Of a stretch of DNA of 64,000 nucleotides, positions 25,065-35,531 are shown piece after piece. The stretch's first letter is position 1. Every line of letters begins with the position of its first letter. The notes beneath the pieces are model-generated. The model did no database searches. It saw only the letters and a list, made by a program, of their open reading frames with translations, and was not told the origin of the DNA. Both the position numbers and the translations under genes were made by a program. Source of the DNA: a virus; the IMG/VR virus record IMGVR_UViG_3300042894_005670. One strand, 5' to 3'.

Positions 25065-25919
25065 CTACTTTAAACCCATTTCTTTCCTAATTTGTGTTGC
25101 ACTTATACTTGTAATACTTTCGTCGAATGTTTCTTCACCACTTGTATATCCTACACCACGACCCCAACCAATATGTACGATGTTTGGTACTAACATAATT
25201 TCATATTGCCCTTGGTACAATGGGTCTAAATCACGTTTAATATAGCCCTTTACTTGTTCTACGTTAAAGGGGTTACTACCTTGCCATCCTTGAACATCAC
25301 GTATTTGTATAATAACTTGTCCTGTGCGTTCAAGTAATCGTTCAAATAGGGCACGATGACCTGCATGCCAAGGTTGCCAACGTCCTAGCATCTGCACCGT
25401 TTCTTTACGCCAATCAAAAGTTGGTCTACGTTTTTCAGCCATAATATGTTTACCAATAAACTGCACCCAAAAATCAGCATTTTTTTCAGTAATACGGAAA
25501 TCATATATTTCAGGTGGTATGAATGCTTTGTTAGTATCTTCATATCTACCTGCATCAATTGTGTCCATCCATATCGTCCAATCTGCTTTAAAATTGTTAC
25601 GCATTTCAACTAATGGTGCTACAAAATCACAAATAACATAGTCACTACCACTGTTTATTGCAAAATCTGCCATACGTATTGATTGACGTATACGTCCTTC
25701 AGTGCTGAAATCCCAATCATTATACCGTTTACGAACATCATCAGCGTTAAACCATTTTACTGTAGGTTTCCATTGGAGAGGAACTATCTCGTACTCAGCT
25801 AATTTAGACATAGGTATTTCTGTAACACTTCTTGGTTGTTCTAGATAAGCTTTTAGCCGTTCAGCTAGGTATGTCTTGCCCGCCCCAGGCAGTCCCATGA
25901 TAAGAATTTTAGTAGTCAT
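25065..25919 (-). CDS. Adenylylsulfate kinase-like P-loop domain fused to a cytidylyltransferase-like domain
   Basis: MGLPGAGKT, NADDVR, DFVAP, DTNKAF.PP; C-terminal GRWQPWHAGH...ISATQIR. Confidence 0.8.
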   Translation of the reverse strand: MTTKILIMGLPGAGKTYLAERLKAYLEQPRSVTEIPMSKLAEYEIVPLQWKPTVKWFNADDVRKRYNDWDFSTEGRIRQSIRMADFAINSGSDYVICDFVAPLVEMRNNFKADWTIWMDTIDAGRYEDTNKAFIPPEIYDFRITEKNADFWVQFIGKHIMAEKRRPTFDWRKETVQMLGRWQPWHAGHRALFERLLERTGQVIIQIRDVQGWQGSNPFNVEQVKGYIKRDLDPLYQGQYEIMLVPNIVHIGWGRGVGYTSGEETFDESITSISATQIRKEMGLK

Positions 25920-25959
25920 AATTTTATTTAATGTCATTATTAGTATGTAAATAATTTGT

Positions 25960-26523
25960 ATGAACTATGATGCTTTTAGCCACGGACAAATTGAGAGTAA
26001 AATTTGGTTGTGTGAAGAATTAGAACCATTTTTAAAACACAATTCAGTTATTTGGGTGTTAGGAAGTTGGTATAACACTACTGCTCTATTATTACATACA
26101 CGTAAACCATACTTTTACAAAATGATTGTAGGATATGATAATAATCCATTATGCAAGGATATTGCGGATAAAGTATGTGCAGCATGGACAATACATGCTC
26201 CGATACGTGTTAGTAATTTTACAGCAGATGTAAATGAATTAGATTGGTCTAATCCACCTGATTGTGTTATAAACTGTAGTGCAGAACACTTTGACAGTCA
26301 ACAATGGTACAAAGATGTACCCAATGATGTTTTATTGTGTATACAAAGCACCAATATTGATGATCCTGACTTACCATGGTTAATTAAGAACCCTAGCACA
26401 TCATACGTTCATTTTGAGTACAATTATCCTATGCAAGACAAATTATTTCATGGCATACATAGAGTTAAGATGAGAAGTGATTCTAGTGGCTATGATAGAT
26501 TTATGATGATTGGTTATAAGTAA
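25960..26523 (+). CDS. SAM-dependent methyltransferase-like protein
   Basis: SKIWL..EL, LGSWY, VINCSAEH, RFMMIG. Confidence 0.65.
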   Translation: MNYDAFSHGQIESKIWLCEELEPFLKHNSVIWVLGSWYNTTALLLHTRKPYFYKMIVGYDNNPLCKDIADKVCAAWTIHAPIRVSNFTADVNELDWSNPPDCVINCSAEHFDSQQWYKDVPNDVLLCIQSTNIDDPDLPWLIKNPSTSYVHFEYNYPMQDKLFHGIHRVKMRSDSSGYDRFMMIGYK

Positions 26524-26955
26524 CTCACAATAAGCATTAGCGTCACTTGTTTCACTTTTTTCCCAAGTTGATGTTATTGTAAACCCTGCTGCTTCATAAG
26601 TTTTTTGGCTTGTTTGTCTTGGATAACTCCATATTAGCGTAGCATGTTCATTAATACCTTGTTGAATCGTATACAACAATAGTAATGTTCCTATGCCTTG
26701 TTTTCTATAACGATCATCCACCCATAGCCCACGTGAACGATAATGATTATCATTACATAAATGTCCGCTATTGACTGCTATAATTTGTTTATTACAACTA
26801 AATCCAAAAAAAGTGGGTATTGTAGTTTTATTATAATCATTGTATCCGCCTTTATAACACATTGCGCTGTGTGATTCAATAGGTGAATCACGATGAGTCC
26901 ACAATTTAGTAGACCATATATTAAAAATTTCATCAAAAGTGAGTTGAATAATCAT
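26515..26955 (-). CDS. GNAT acetyltransferase
   Basis: RSRGLWVDDRYRKQGIGTLLL...YEAAGF; track ORF extends to 26443 and overlaps the convergent gene. Confidence 0.75.
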
Positions 26956-27008
26956 ACTGATTTATTTACATCATGAAGTTAGAATAAATATAATATAAGG
27001 ATAATCAT

Positions 27009-28268
27009 ATGTACACGCATAGTTTTAATCATGACATAGATCAATATTTTGCAAAGAAAGGTGTAAAAGTTGTTTATAACACCTTAATGGCAGATGAATA
27101 TTTAATGAGGTCATTTGTTAAAGACTATCAACATATTGTAGATCGTATGCCTGATAAAAAATCAAGAACAGCAAAAACTGATATTTACCAAACCATGTAT
27201 CCTATAGAATCAAGAAAAAAACTTACAGGGTTTGAAAATATCCGTAAGCTTGATATGAAAAAACGTTTACAACTTAATAATATTGTACCAAAACCAAATC
27301 GTATGTTACCACTTTTTACTTTAGGTAAAGTACAGAGCAAACAAGATAACCATGAAGTAAAATCTTTAAAATACAAAGAAGCATTAAAGAATAAGTTACA
27401 AACTTATGAAAATCCTATATTATATTTAAGTGGTGGAGCGGATAGTGAATTAGTAGCTTATGCTTTACTTGATAGTGGTATAAAATTTAAAGTAGTAATT
27501 TGTCAATGGATGTTAGAAGATGGTACATGTGCCAATCATGATGACATTAAGTATGCTTTAAACTTTTGCGGTAACCAAAAAATTGTACCCATTATTAAAA
27601 AAATAAACATTGTTGATGTATGGAATTCAAAATTATTTGATCAGATAGCAATTAATACGTACCAACGTAGCCCACAAATGGCATTACATGCTTATATTAT
27701 AGAAATGATGGATGATGAGTTACCAAATCATACGCACTTGATGGGTGGTGAAATTAATTTTGTATCTGACCATGTATATGAAGGTGATGATTTAGAGCGT
27801 AACATTATTTGGTATGATAAAGCTAGCTTCATGGTACCTGCAGGACAAGCATGGGGTGTTGCACAATCTGTCATTTATTCTCCCTTACCATCAGGTGATT
27901 ATAATTTTAGTATTTTTCAAATGGGTTCAACTCAAATTGTTTGGAGTTCACGTGAATTTGGGTCTAATTATCAGACATTTACATGGCTTGAAACTCCCTA
28001 TAATAGTACGCAATGGTATAAAAGAGTAAGTAATTCATTTAATGTATCATCAAACAATCCTACTGCAATACCTGATTGGTATCCTGGAAGTTCATCAACG
28101 TCATATTCAACAGGTAGTTTATCATGTTTAGTACAATTACGTAATGCTACAGCCTCAGGTGCGAATGGTTACTTGGAAAGACAATTTTCTATAGAGGTTT
28201 ACGGCGACCTTAGCCCAGGCGTCATCGGTGGTGGTTTTTTTGTTCAATATGTGTGGAACAACTTCTAG
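27009..28268 (+). CDS. Asparagine synthase-like (PP-loop) protein with variable C-terminal domain, paralog 1
   Basis: LYLSGGADSE PP-loop; RKKLTGFE; S/T/G-rich C-terminus. Confidence 0.7.
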   Translation: MYTHSFNHDIDQYFAKKGVKVVYNTLMADEYLMRSFVKDYQHIVDRMPDKKSRTAKTDIYQTMYPIESRKKLTGFENIRKLDMKKRLQLNNIVPKPNRMLPLFTLGKVQSKQDNHEVKSLKYKEALKNKLQTYENPILYLSGGADSELVAYALLDSGIKFKVVICQWMLEDGTCANHDDIKYALNFCGNQKIVPIIKKINIVDVWNSKLFDQIAINTYQRSPQMALHAYIIEMMDDELPNHTHLMGGEINFVSDHVYEGDDLERNIIWYDKASFMVPAGQAWGVAQSVIYSPLPSGDYNFSIFQMGSTQIVWSSREFGSNYQTFTWLETPYNSTQWYKRVSNSFNVSSNNPTAIPDWYPGSSSTSYSTGSLSCLVQLRNATASGANGYLERQFSIEVYGDLSPGVIGGGFFVQYVWNNF

Positions 28269-28276
28269 GATAAATT

Positions 28277-28726
28277 ATGAAAGAATACTTAATAACAACT
28301 TGCAGAGAACATGAAAACATGGCTTTTATGCATGTTCCACATTTGTTTAATGACATTGTTGCAAGACGTTTGGCACGTATAAAACAGGCATACTCAACTT
28401 ATACAAATGGTGAATACATAATTGAACCATTACCTACTTTAGAATCGTTACAAGCTATGGTAAATAGTGTTACTGATAATAGTAAAGTAGGAGTATTAGG
28501 ATTAACAAATATAAAAACTCAACAGCAATCAAAGGCTGCACAAGATATAGCAAATGGAAATTATGCTGCTGAGGGAAATGAAGCATGGAATTACCGTCAA
28601 AATTACTTACAAAAGCATGAAGAGTTTGCGAATATATTTCCAAATAGTTTAGAAAATACGATAAGAGAACAAGAACGCTTGGAAATATATACTGAATTAC
28701 ATAAATTAGGTTATGCCTTGTATTAA
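28277..28726 (+). CDS. Partner protein, paralog 1
   Basis: DIANGNYAAEGNEAWNY shared with 30019-30456. Confidence 0.65.
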   Translation: MKEYLITTCREHENMAFMHVPHLFNDIVARRLARIKQAYSTYTNGEYIIEPLPTLESLQAMVNSVTDNSKVGVLGLTNIKTQQQSKAAQDIANGNYAAEGNEAWNYRQNYLQKHEEFANIFPNSLENTIREQERLEIYTELHKLGYALY

Positions 28727-28743
28727 AAATTAGGAAAATTAGG

Positions 28744-30009
28744 ATGCAAACTGACAAAAAGATTATCACTTTAACTGAACAACATGTTAAAGATTTTAAA
28801 AATTATAAACATTCTTACGTAGATGATATTGACACATACTTCGCTAAAAAAGGTATAAGGGTTGTTTATAATACGTTAATGGGAAGTGAAATTTTAGCTC
28901 GGTCATTTGTTAAAGATTATCAACATATGGTAGATCGTGCTTATAGTAGACATTTTAAGTTTATCAAAAATGATGTTTACCAAACAATGTATCCTATCGT
29001 ATCAAGAAAAAAATTAACAGGCTTTGAGGGTATTAAAAAGTGGGATCTTAAAAAACGTGCTTATCTAAATGAAATTGTACCTATACGTAATAGAATGTTT
29101 CCTTTATCATCACTTGGCGTAACGCAAACTATTTCTGAAAATAAATGGGTACAAAAGGCAAGTTTTAAAGAGCAATTAAAGTTAAGTGTTCGTGGATATG
29201 AAAATCCATTATTGTATTTAAGTGGTGGTGGCGATAGTGAATTAGTTGCATATTCATTATTAGATGCGGGTGTAAAATTTAAAGTAGTAATATGCAAATT
29301 TATTTTAGATGATGGTTCATGCGCTAACTATGATGACATAAAGTATGCTTTTGCTTTTTGTAAAAAAGAAAATATTATTCCTATCGTAAAAGAAATTAAA
29401 ATTAGTGAAGCATGGAATGATTCATTATTTGATGAAATTGCCTGTGGTACTTATTCACGTAGCCCACAAATAGCAACACATGCATATATGGTTGAAATGT
29501 TAAATGCAGAATATCCTAACCATACTCATTTATTTGGTGGAGAAATTAGGTTTCATTCATGCTCAAAATTTGATTGGGAAAAAGGTGCACCATGGCATAA
29601 TACAATTTATTTTGCAAAGATACCTGGGGTGTTAGGGCATTATACAGCAACAAGAACTTCATCAGGTGGCGGAACTACTTTCGCAATAGTATCATTTGCT
29701 TTTTCAGGTCACTTTGGTGTAAACCGAGTCCCAGGTGGTTCACAGTTTATAATGTACGATGCTGCACCCGCAGGGTCAATACAAGGTCAAACTAACGGAA
29801 ATTACACAATCAATGATTCAGGAACAGGTAATTCTCAAGCGTTTCCTGATTCTCCATTTACTCCATCATGGTCATCTTCTGATGCAAGTGTATTAGCAAG
29901 TGTAAGCGGAGCAACTATATCAAGATATTGGGGATTAGAAATATATTACAGTAGTCCAAGTGTCACAGCCGCAGAGGGACATAGCCTAGAAGTAGTTAAC
30001 GCATTTTAA
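28744..30009 (+). CDS. Asparagine synthase-like (PP-loop) protein with variable C-terminal domain, paralog 2
   Basis: LYLSGGGDSE; aligns with paralog 1 over about 270 aa, then diverges. Confidence 0.7.
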   Translation: MQTDKKIITLTEQHVKDFKNYKHSYVDDIDTYFAKKGIRVVYNTLMGSEILARSFVKDYQHMVDRAYSRHFKFIKNDVYQTMYPIVSRKKLTGFEGIKKWDLKKRAYLNEIVPIRNRMFPLSSLGVTQTISENKWVQKASFKEQLKLSVRGYENPLLYLSGGGDSELVAYSLLDAGVKFKVVICKFILDDGSCANYDDIKYAFAFCKKENIIPIVKEIKISEAWNDSLFDEIACGTYSRSPQIATHAYMVEMLNAEYPNHTHLFGGEIRFHSCSKFDWEKGAPWHNTIYFAKIPGVLGHYTATRTSSGGGTTFAIVSFAFSGHFGVNRVPGGSQFIMYDAAPAGSIQGQTNGNYTINDSGTGNSQAFPDSPFTPSWSSSDASVLASVSGATISRYWGLEIYYSSPSVTAAEGHSLEVVNAF

Positions 30010-30018
30010 AGGATTAGT

Positions 30019-30456
30019 ATGGAATCTAATAATTATATAACTGATGATTTTGAAAATGATAGATTATTAAGAATTAATTTTGGAAAAGAATATTCAACAA
30101 CATTAATGGATAGAGCTAATAGAGAAAAAGAAGCATTTGCCAAATTTTCTAATAATATGTTTCCTCATCAACCCTTAGTAACTTTAGAATGGCTACAAAA
30201 AAGAGCTAAAACTCCTTGGCAAGCTGAATGGCATTATAAACAAAATCAAGATATTGGTGAGATTCGTCAAAAAGCTGAAGAAGATATAGCTAATGGCAAT
30301 TATGCGGCAGAAGGAAATGAACATTGGGAATATAAAAAGAATTATGAAGCAGCCGTTGATCAGTTTAATAACAATTGGCCTGATTTAGTCGAATACAATA
30401 TTCGTAAACAAGAAAAAGATTCACTACTAAAATTACTTAGCCAATTGCAAACATGA
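30019..30456 (+). CDS. Partner protein, paralog 2
   Basis: DIANGNYAAEGNEHWEY. Confidence 0.65.
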   Translation: MESNNYITDDFENDRLLRINFGKEYSTTLMDRANREKEAFAKFSNNMFPHQPLVTLEWLQKRAKTPWQAEWHYKQNQDIGEIRQKAEEDIANGNYAAEGNEHWEYKKNYEAAVDQFNNNWPDLVEYNIRKQEKDSLLKLLSQLQT

Positions 30457-31034
30457 TTTATGTACTTGATAGTTTTGTTGCTACTAATTCTCATAGCCAA
30501 ATACTTTCAAAAATCATTAGAGATCATACAAGTGAAATTATAGAACTTGTTGAATTACCATCATTAACTTCGTCAGTACAATTATCTAAAGTAATATCAA
30601 ATTTAATTCATAAAATCAAACCAAATGATGTTGTATTAGCAGCATGGGGTGTACGTGGTGACCATCATATTGACGAACTATTTTCTGCACTTGCACAAAA
30701 TTGTTTTGTTATTGTTGCAGCGGGAAATAGTAACGAACCTATTGAAAATTATTCGCCCACTAGAGCAGATAATGTTTTTTGTATTGGTGCACTTAATAAA
30801 AATGGTGTAAAAGCTTCACATAGTAATTATAGTGAATTTAAGGATCTTACTTGGATATGTGGAACTAATTATTATGTTGATGGTGTGCCACATAGTGGTA
30901 CAAGTATTAGCGCAGCAATTTATGCAGGTATGCTAGCTGAATCTATAAGAATCAACAATACTGATTACTTATTTACATTGATTGATAATTATCATAAACG
31001 AGTATATGCAGAAGTTAATCATAAGATTTTATAA
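30453..31034 (+). CDS. Minimal subtilisin-like (S8) peptidase
   Basis: YVLDS...H...VIVAAGNS...SGTSISAA. Confidence 0.75.
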   Translation: MIYVLDSFVATNSHSQILSKIIRDHTSEIIELVELPSLTSSVQLSKVISNLIHKIKPNDVVLAAWGVRGDHHIDELFSALAQNCFVIVAAGNSNEPIENYSPTRADNVFCIGALNKNGVKASHSNYSEFKDLTWICGTNYYVDGVPHSGTSISAAIYAGMLAESIRINNTDYLFTLIDNYHKRVYAEVNHKIL

Positions 31035-31389
31035 TCCATCCTAGTTTAAGTATATCCTCACGTACTTCGTCTGTAACAAAACTTTCTTCAACGTATCGTT
31101 CTTTTAGTAAATCGTTTGTTATGTCAAAGTTTATACCGCTACAATAATAATCTAGGTAATCTTCATTGCGATTACGTAATTTAGCAACAATTTGTCCTGC
31201 TGTTCGCCAAGAAGCAGTCCACGGATCATCGGTTAAAATAGCTAATGAATCGCTTGTTTTATAAAACTTATTGTTGCATATTGCAGCGTATATATTTTGT
31301 GCATAGTATTGGTCAGACAATTTTTCCAAGAACCAAGATGCAGACTGCATATCTTGTTCTAAATTATAATTGGCTGCATCGTATTTCAT
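31015..31389 (-). CDS. Conserved hypothetical phage protein
   Basis: YAQNIYAA.CNN, SWRTAG.IVA, DYLDYYCSG. Confidence 0.7.
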   Translation of the reverse strand: MKYDAANYNLEQDMQSASWFLEKLSDQYYAQNIYAAICNNKFYKTSDSLAILTDDPWTASWRTAGQIVAKLRNRNEDYLDYYCSGINFDITNDLLKERYVEESFVTDEVREDILKLGWIIKSYD

Positions 31390-31390
31390 A

Positions 31391-31618
31391 TTAGTATTTA
31401 CTGTCTTTTGTCTTGGTAAAATCTAACTTTAATAATCCAAATGCCCACATGAAAATGGAAACTGCAACCCAATTTTCAAAAGAATATTCAAGAAAATGAA
31501 ATTTTGAAAATAAAGTATTCCATGCCCATACTAAAGCAAAAGGAGAAAAGATTACTACAAAAGCAATAAGCAAAAGCCCAACAATACCAATAATAACATT
31601 TGCATTAAATTTTTGCAT
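31391..31618 (-). CDS. Small membrane protein
   Basis: AAGGAG SD before MQKFNA; two TM segments. Confidence 0.65.
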   Translation of the reverse strand: MQKFNANVIIGIVGLLLIAFVVIFSPFALVWAWNTLFSKFHFLEYSFENWVAVSIFMWAFGLLKLDFTKTKDSKY

Positions 31619-32252
31619 GGTTTGTCTCCTTAATATGGCTATTCTCAATTTCTTTCTCCTTTCCTTTCATATAAAAAATATGATTACCAATACGTTTTAA
31701 TTTCTTATATGTCCATTGTGGATTGACATATGTTGCATGAAAATACAAAACATTGTTTGGTATAATATCGTGTCCATAGTTTTCCAACAATACTTTACGA
31801 GCAATTTCTTCTGCTTTTTGATATTGAGAACTATTTACGTTAGGCGTAGTTTTACCCTCACAAACCCAACTAAATTGGCATAGCCTTTTTAATAGTTCAG
31901 GTTCTTTAGGGTCAGGTACATTATGTTGTGCATAAACAACTTTACATGGTGTACTACCAAAACCATGTAACATGCGGTTTACAACAACACGAGCAACGGC
32001 AACTTGACCCATATAGGGTTCATTAGCTGCTTCATAGTAAATATTTGTTGCCAAACATTTAATTTGATCGGTGCTAAACTGTTTTACAACAGGTGTATGC
32101 TTAACTACTTCAGTTACTTCTTTGATGGTTTCAACGACTGATTCTACAGAATTATCGACTACTACCATATTAATTTTCGGTTGATACATATGAAGCGCAA
32201 TCGCTAGCGGTATCAATAAGGAAATTAGTCTTATATTGCTTAATACAAGCAT
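31605..32252 (-). CDS. Cell wall hydrolase (SleB/Hydrolase_2)
   Basis: CLATNIYYEA..E...GQVAVA.VV.NR, CQFSW, LYFHA.YV.P.W, IGNHIFY. Confidence 0.9.
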   Translation of the reverse strand: MLVLSNIRLISLLIPLAIALHMYQPKINMVVVDNSVESVVETIKEVTEVVKHTPVVKQFSTDQIKCLATNIYYEAANEPYMGQVAVARVVVNRMLHGFGSTPCKVVYAQHNVPDPKEPELLKRLCQFSWVCEGKTTPNVNSSQYQKAEEIARKVLLENYGHDIIPNNVLYFHATYVNPQWTYKKLKRIGNHIFYMKGKEKEIENSHIKETNHAKI

Positions 32253-32313
32253 TTATATACTCCTTTCTTATTAAACCTAGAAATCTAGGATTAATCTGTA
32301 AATCAAGATTGGA

Positions 32314-34710
32314 TTAAAATATCCAACACTCGCAATTACAAATTGTAACATCATCAATAGCTTCCGTTGGTGTAAAGCTTGATGATGGGGAACTAACTAA
32401 CGGCTGTGGAACCGTAAAGATACTCTCCAAGTTTGGTAACACACCTGCAACTTGTGGATAGCCTCCACGTTGTGGCGAAGGTGGATCTTGTACGACTAAA
32501 TCGACAGGATCACTGAGGTTACGGCCTGGGTTATCGATGTTAAGGTTGGTGACTGCGGCACCTACGGTTTGAAGTCCTCCTGTTTGGTTGTTAATTGGGT
32601 CTCCAACTTGGGTCATCGTGGGTCTAAGCACAGGTGCTATGCCACTTGGCGGTAATACACCATTAACATATATTTGTGGTGGTTGAGCTGCATTATATCC
32701 ACTACCAATATTTGTAATGGCTATGCTTGTTATAGCACCATTAGTGACAATTGCAGTTGCACTAGCTGTTGGAGTAACTAGGCTATCACTAACATCATTA
32801 TCAAGCACACCACCTATTAACGCTACTCGATTTGCATTACGAGCTTCACGTAATAATCCTACTATACTTTGTCCTGTTAAATTATCTGTATCAGCAATTG
32901 CTTCTATTGATCTTGCAATTTCTTTATATTCTGTTTCCACTGCCCATGTTTCTAATCGACGTATAAAGTCATATATGTCAGTGCGATTACTATCTTCACT
33001 GACTAACGTAGGAACTGTTATAGCAAATACTATGGCACGTTGTTCTATCGTTAATTGTGAACCTAGCTGATTCCACCAAAAATTTAATTGAGCAGCAACG
33101 GCTGCATTAGCTGCTACAATAGAAGCAATCTCTGCATTAGCAGCATTAATATAACCTTGTAAAACACTGTTGTCAAGATACCCAGGATCGCTTGGTGTTA
33201 ACTGTGTCCAATTCCACATATTTAAATAAGCAGTCGCTAAGGTAGGTGTGGCTAATTGATTTATTAAGTTTACTATATTACCATAAATTGCGTTATAATA
33301 GTCACCACTCATTGCACCAATAAAATCAACCATACAATAAGTATTACTATTACCACTACCTAATGCAACTAATGCTAACGCTTGATTAGCTGCATCCCTT
33401 GACCCAGGCACCCCCTCATCATTATTAATCAATGGCAAATCCTTATTAGTTACTTCTAATTGAGTAACAACTTGTGCAAATTTTTGAAAGGGCATTTGCC
33501 TAATTTTTTTAATTTGTTGCATCGAATAACTAAAAGCAGCAGCAGGTATAGCAATGTCTAAGGGTAAAGAATTACCTAAGTATTCACCATAGTTTGGTAT
33601 GCGATTATTAACACCACCATTAACATATATAAAATCATAAATTTTTACTGATATAGTATCAATACTATAACGTGGCACAGTAATAGTATCATATGAGTTA
33701 GGAAACATTTTCTTTATATTAATTAAATCAGCTAATGTTTCTAAATTTACTGTTTGACAATTGGTAATAGTTTTGATTTCGTCTAAATCTACACCTTTAA
33801 TTAATAATAAAGCATCATATATTTTTTTACGTTGTTGATCAGTAGCAGGTGTTTTACTAATTAAAATACTATTAAGTTCATCTGTTGTTAAACCTTGTGC
33901 TAACAGTGCTAGTTTTAATGAATCAGTTAATGCATTTGCTGCTTGTAGTTGCAATAAAAACTTATCTGTCTGTCCAAAAAACTCAATATCAGCTAAATTA
34001 ATTGTATTACCTAAAGCAATTAAGTCATTACCAAAATACTTAAATGCCAAACTTAAACCTGAAATATCAGCAGTGGTCAAATCATTCATGTTACTATAAG
34101 CATTATCTAAAAACCCTTTAGTGTTTTTAAAACTTGCAATAATTTGATTTGTCTGATCACGCCAATTTTTATACTGACCAATACTTCTTATTAATCTTAA
34201 ATAATGATTGCCACTTGATAAGTTCCAAAATTCATAATAAGCTTGTCTAGCGAATAATGCTATAAAACCTTGACTAAAATAAGAATCACCACTACTTGTA
34301 TTACGCTGTGCAGTATTATATACAGTATCTGTCCATCCTGTAATATATGACCATGTTGGTTCGGCTGAGTAGTTGCCTGGGTAGCCTAGGGGTGGGTAAG
34401 GATCACTTGCCCCCGCATAAGTTTGTTGAAAAGTAGTTGGTCTACTATTACCTAATGCAGCACATACACCACTACCTATGGCAATGGCATTACGATAGGT
34501 TGCATTGTTTGCTAAACTATAAATCAATGGTAATGCACGTGTTAAATTATATAACACAGTATTAGTAGTGACAGATCCCGCAGTATAGGTGGATGGTGTC
34601 CATGTACCTTGGTATGCTTGTGCTGTGGGATTAATACGAAAACCTTCACTTCGCATCAATCCACTCAAAGCATTTAGTTGTAGCGGAGTAAATTTACCTG
34701 ATAAACTCAT
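32314..34710 (-). CDS. Large virion protein (baseplate/tail-associated)
   Basis: 798 aa coupled to the PAAR gene; G.ITSIAITNIGSGY structural motif. Confidence 0.55.
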   Translation of the reverse strand: MSLSGKFTPLQLNALSGLMRSEGFRINPTAQAYQGTWTPSTYTAGSVTTNTVLYNLTRALPLIYSLANNATYRNAIAIGSGVCAALGNSRPTTFQQTYAGASDPYPPLGYPGNYSAEPTWSYITGWTDTVYNTAQRNTSSGDSYFSQGFIALFARQAYYEFWNLSSGNHYLRLIRSIGQYKNWRDQTNQIIASFKNTKGFLDNAYSNMNDLTTADISGLSLAFKYFGNDLIALGNTINLADIEFFGQTDKFLLQLQAANALTDSLKLALLAQGLTTDELNSILISKTPATDQQRKKIYDALLLIKGVDLDEIKTITNCQTVNLETLADLINIKKMFPNSYDTITVPRYSIDTISVKIYDFIYVNGGVNNRIPNYGEYLGNSLPLDIAIPAAAFSYSMQQIKKIRQMPFQKFAQVVTQLEVTNKDLPLINNDEGVPGSRDAANQALALVALGSGNSNTYCMVDFIGAMSGDYYNAIYGNIVNLINQLATPTLATAYLNMWNWTQLTPSDPGYLDNSVLQGYINAANAEIASIVAANAAVAAQLNFWWNQLGSQLTIEQRAIVFAITVPTLVSEDSNRTDIYDFIRRLETWAVETEYKEIARSIEAIADTDNLTGQSIVGLLREARNANRVALIGGVLDNDVSDSLVTPTASATAIVTNGAITSIAITNIGSGYNAAQPPQIYVNGVLPPSGIAPVLRPTMTQVGDPINNQTGGLQTVGAAVTNLNIDNPGRNLSDPVDLVVQDPPSPQRGGYPQVAGVLPNLESIFTVPQPLVSSPSSSFTPTEAIDDVTICNCECWIF

Positions 34711-34976
34711 GGGACAAATACATTATCGCTACCTTGCACTATGCTATGACCACAACTGTTACCACTACCTACTTTAAGTACAGGTGACCCTTCACAAATT
34801 ACAGTGGGCGAAGCAGAAGTAGTGACTGCATTAATATGCTTACCTTTCCTTTTGTGTGGCGTAATTGAACTTACGTGTAATCCAACAGGTTTACCATTAC
34901 AGTAAACATTGGAAGCACCACGTATAATTGCACCACCTTCTTGATTGGTATCACCTTTTCTGCTTAAACTTGGCAT
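34707..34976 (-). CDS. PAAR-repeat baseplate spike tip
   Basis: RKGD, NVYCNGKP, H..H, CGH...GS.NVF. Confidence 0.85.
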   Translation of the reverse strand: MPSLSRKGDTNQEGGAIIRGASNVYCNGKPVGLHVSSITPHKRKGKHINAVTTSASPTVICEGSPVLKVGSGNSCGHSIVQGSDNVFVP

Positions 34977-34981
34977 CGATA

Positions 34982-35287
34982 CTATCCTAAAATAACTTTT
35001 CTCTGTGTTGGGGTAGCAATACCTGTTGTTGCTTCGATATATTTTACCCTAATATTTTCATCTGTAACACCATAAATTGCTACATTATCTATATTTATGA
35101 CTAAATTTTTGTCATGATCTGCGGTGAATAAGCTTGGCACAAGACCCATGCCTTGGGGTCCTGGGGCTACGCTTACAGGTTGTGTCACACTAACACGATC
35201 AACCCCAACTTCTACAACCTTAGCAACTAACTCCTCACCACTATTCATTTTAAAACTATATACTTCATTAATTTCTATGTATTTCAC
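34982..35287 (-). CDS. Sm-like phage protein
   Basis: FKMNSGEELVAKV...Y...TTGI. Confidence 0.6.
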   Translation of the reverse strand: MKYIEINEVYSFKMNSGEELVAKVVEVGVDRVSVTQPVSVAPGPQGMGLVPSLFTADHDKNLVINIDNVAIYGVTDENIRVKYIEATTGIATPTQRKVILG

Positions 35288-35505
35288 GTTAACCTCTTTT
35301 TAAGATCATCATATCCACCAACATATTCCTCATCAATAAAAATCTGAGGAACAGTACGAGCATTAGGTACTACTTCTAATAACTCCTCTTTTGTATAACC
35401 ATCACCTATTTTTCTTTCTTCAAACTCAATGCCATGTTGCTTTAATAGTTGTTTTGCCTGATCACAAAATGTACAATGATATTTGCTCCATATAATAGCT
35501 TTCAT
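35284..35505 (-). CDS. Glutaredoxin
   Basis: CTFC, RTVPQIF, VGGYDDL. Confidence 0.93.
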   Translation of the reverse strand: MKAIIWSKYHCTFCDQAKQLLKQHGIEFEERKIGDGYTKEELLEVVPNARTVPQIFIDEEYVGGYDDLKKRLT

Positions 35506-35531
35506 TTTTTATCCTTTATTGGTATATAGTA

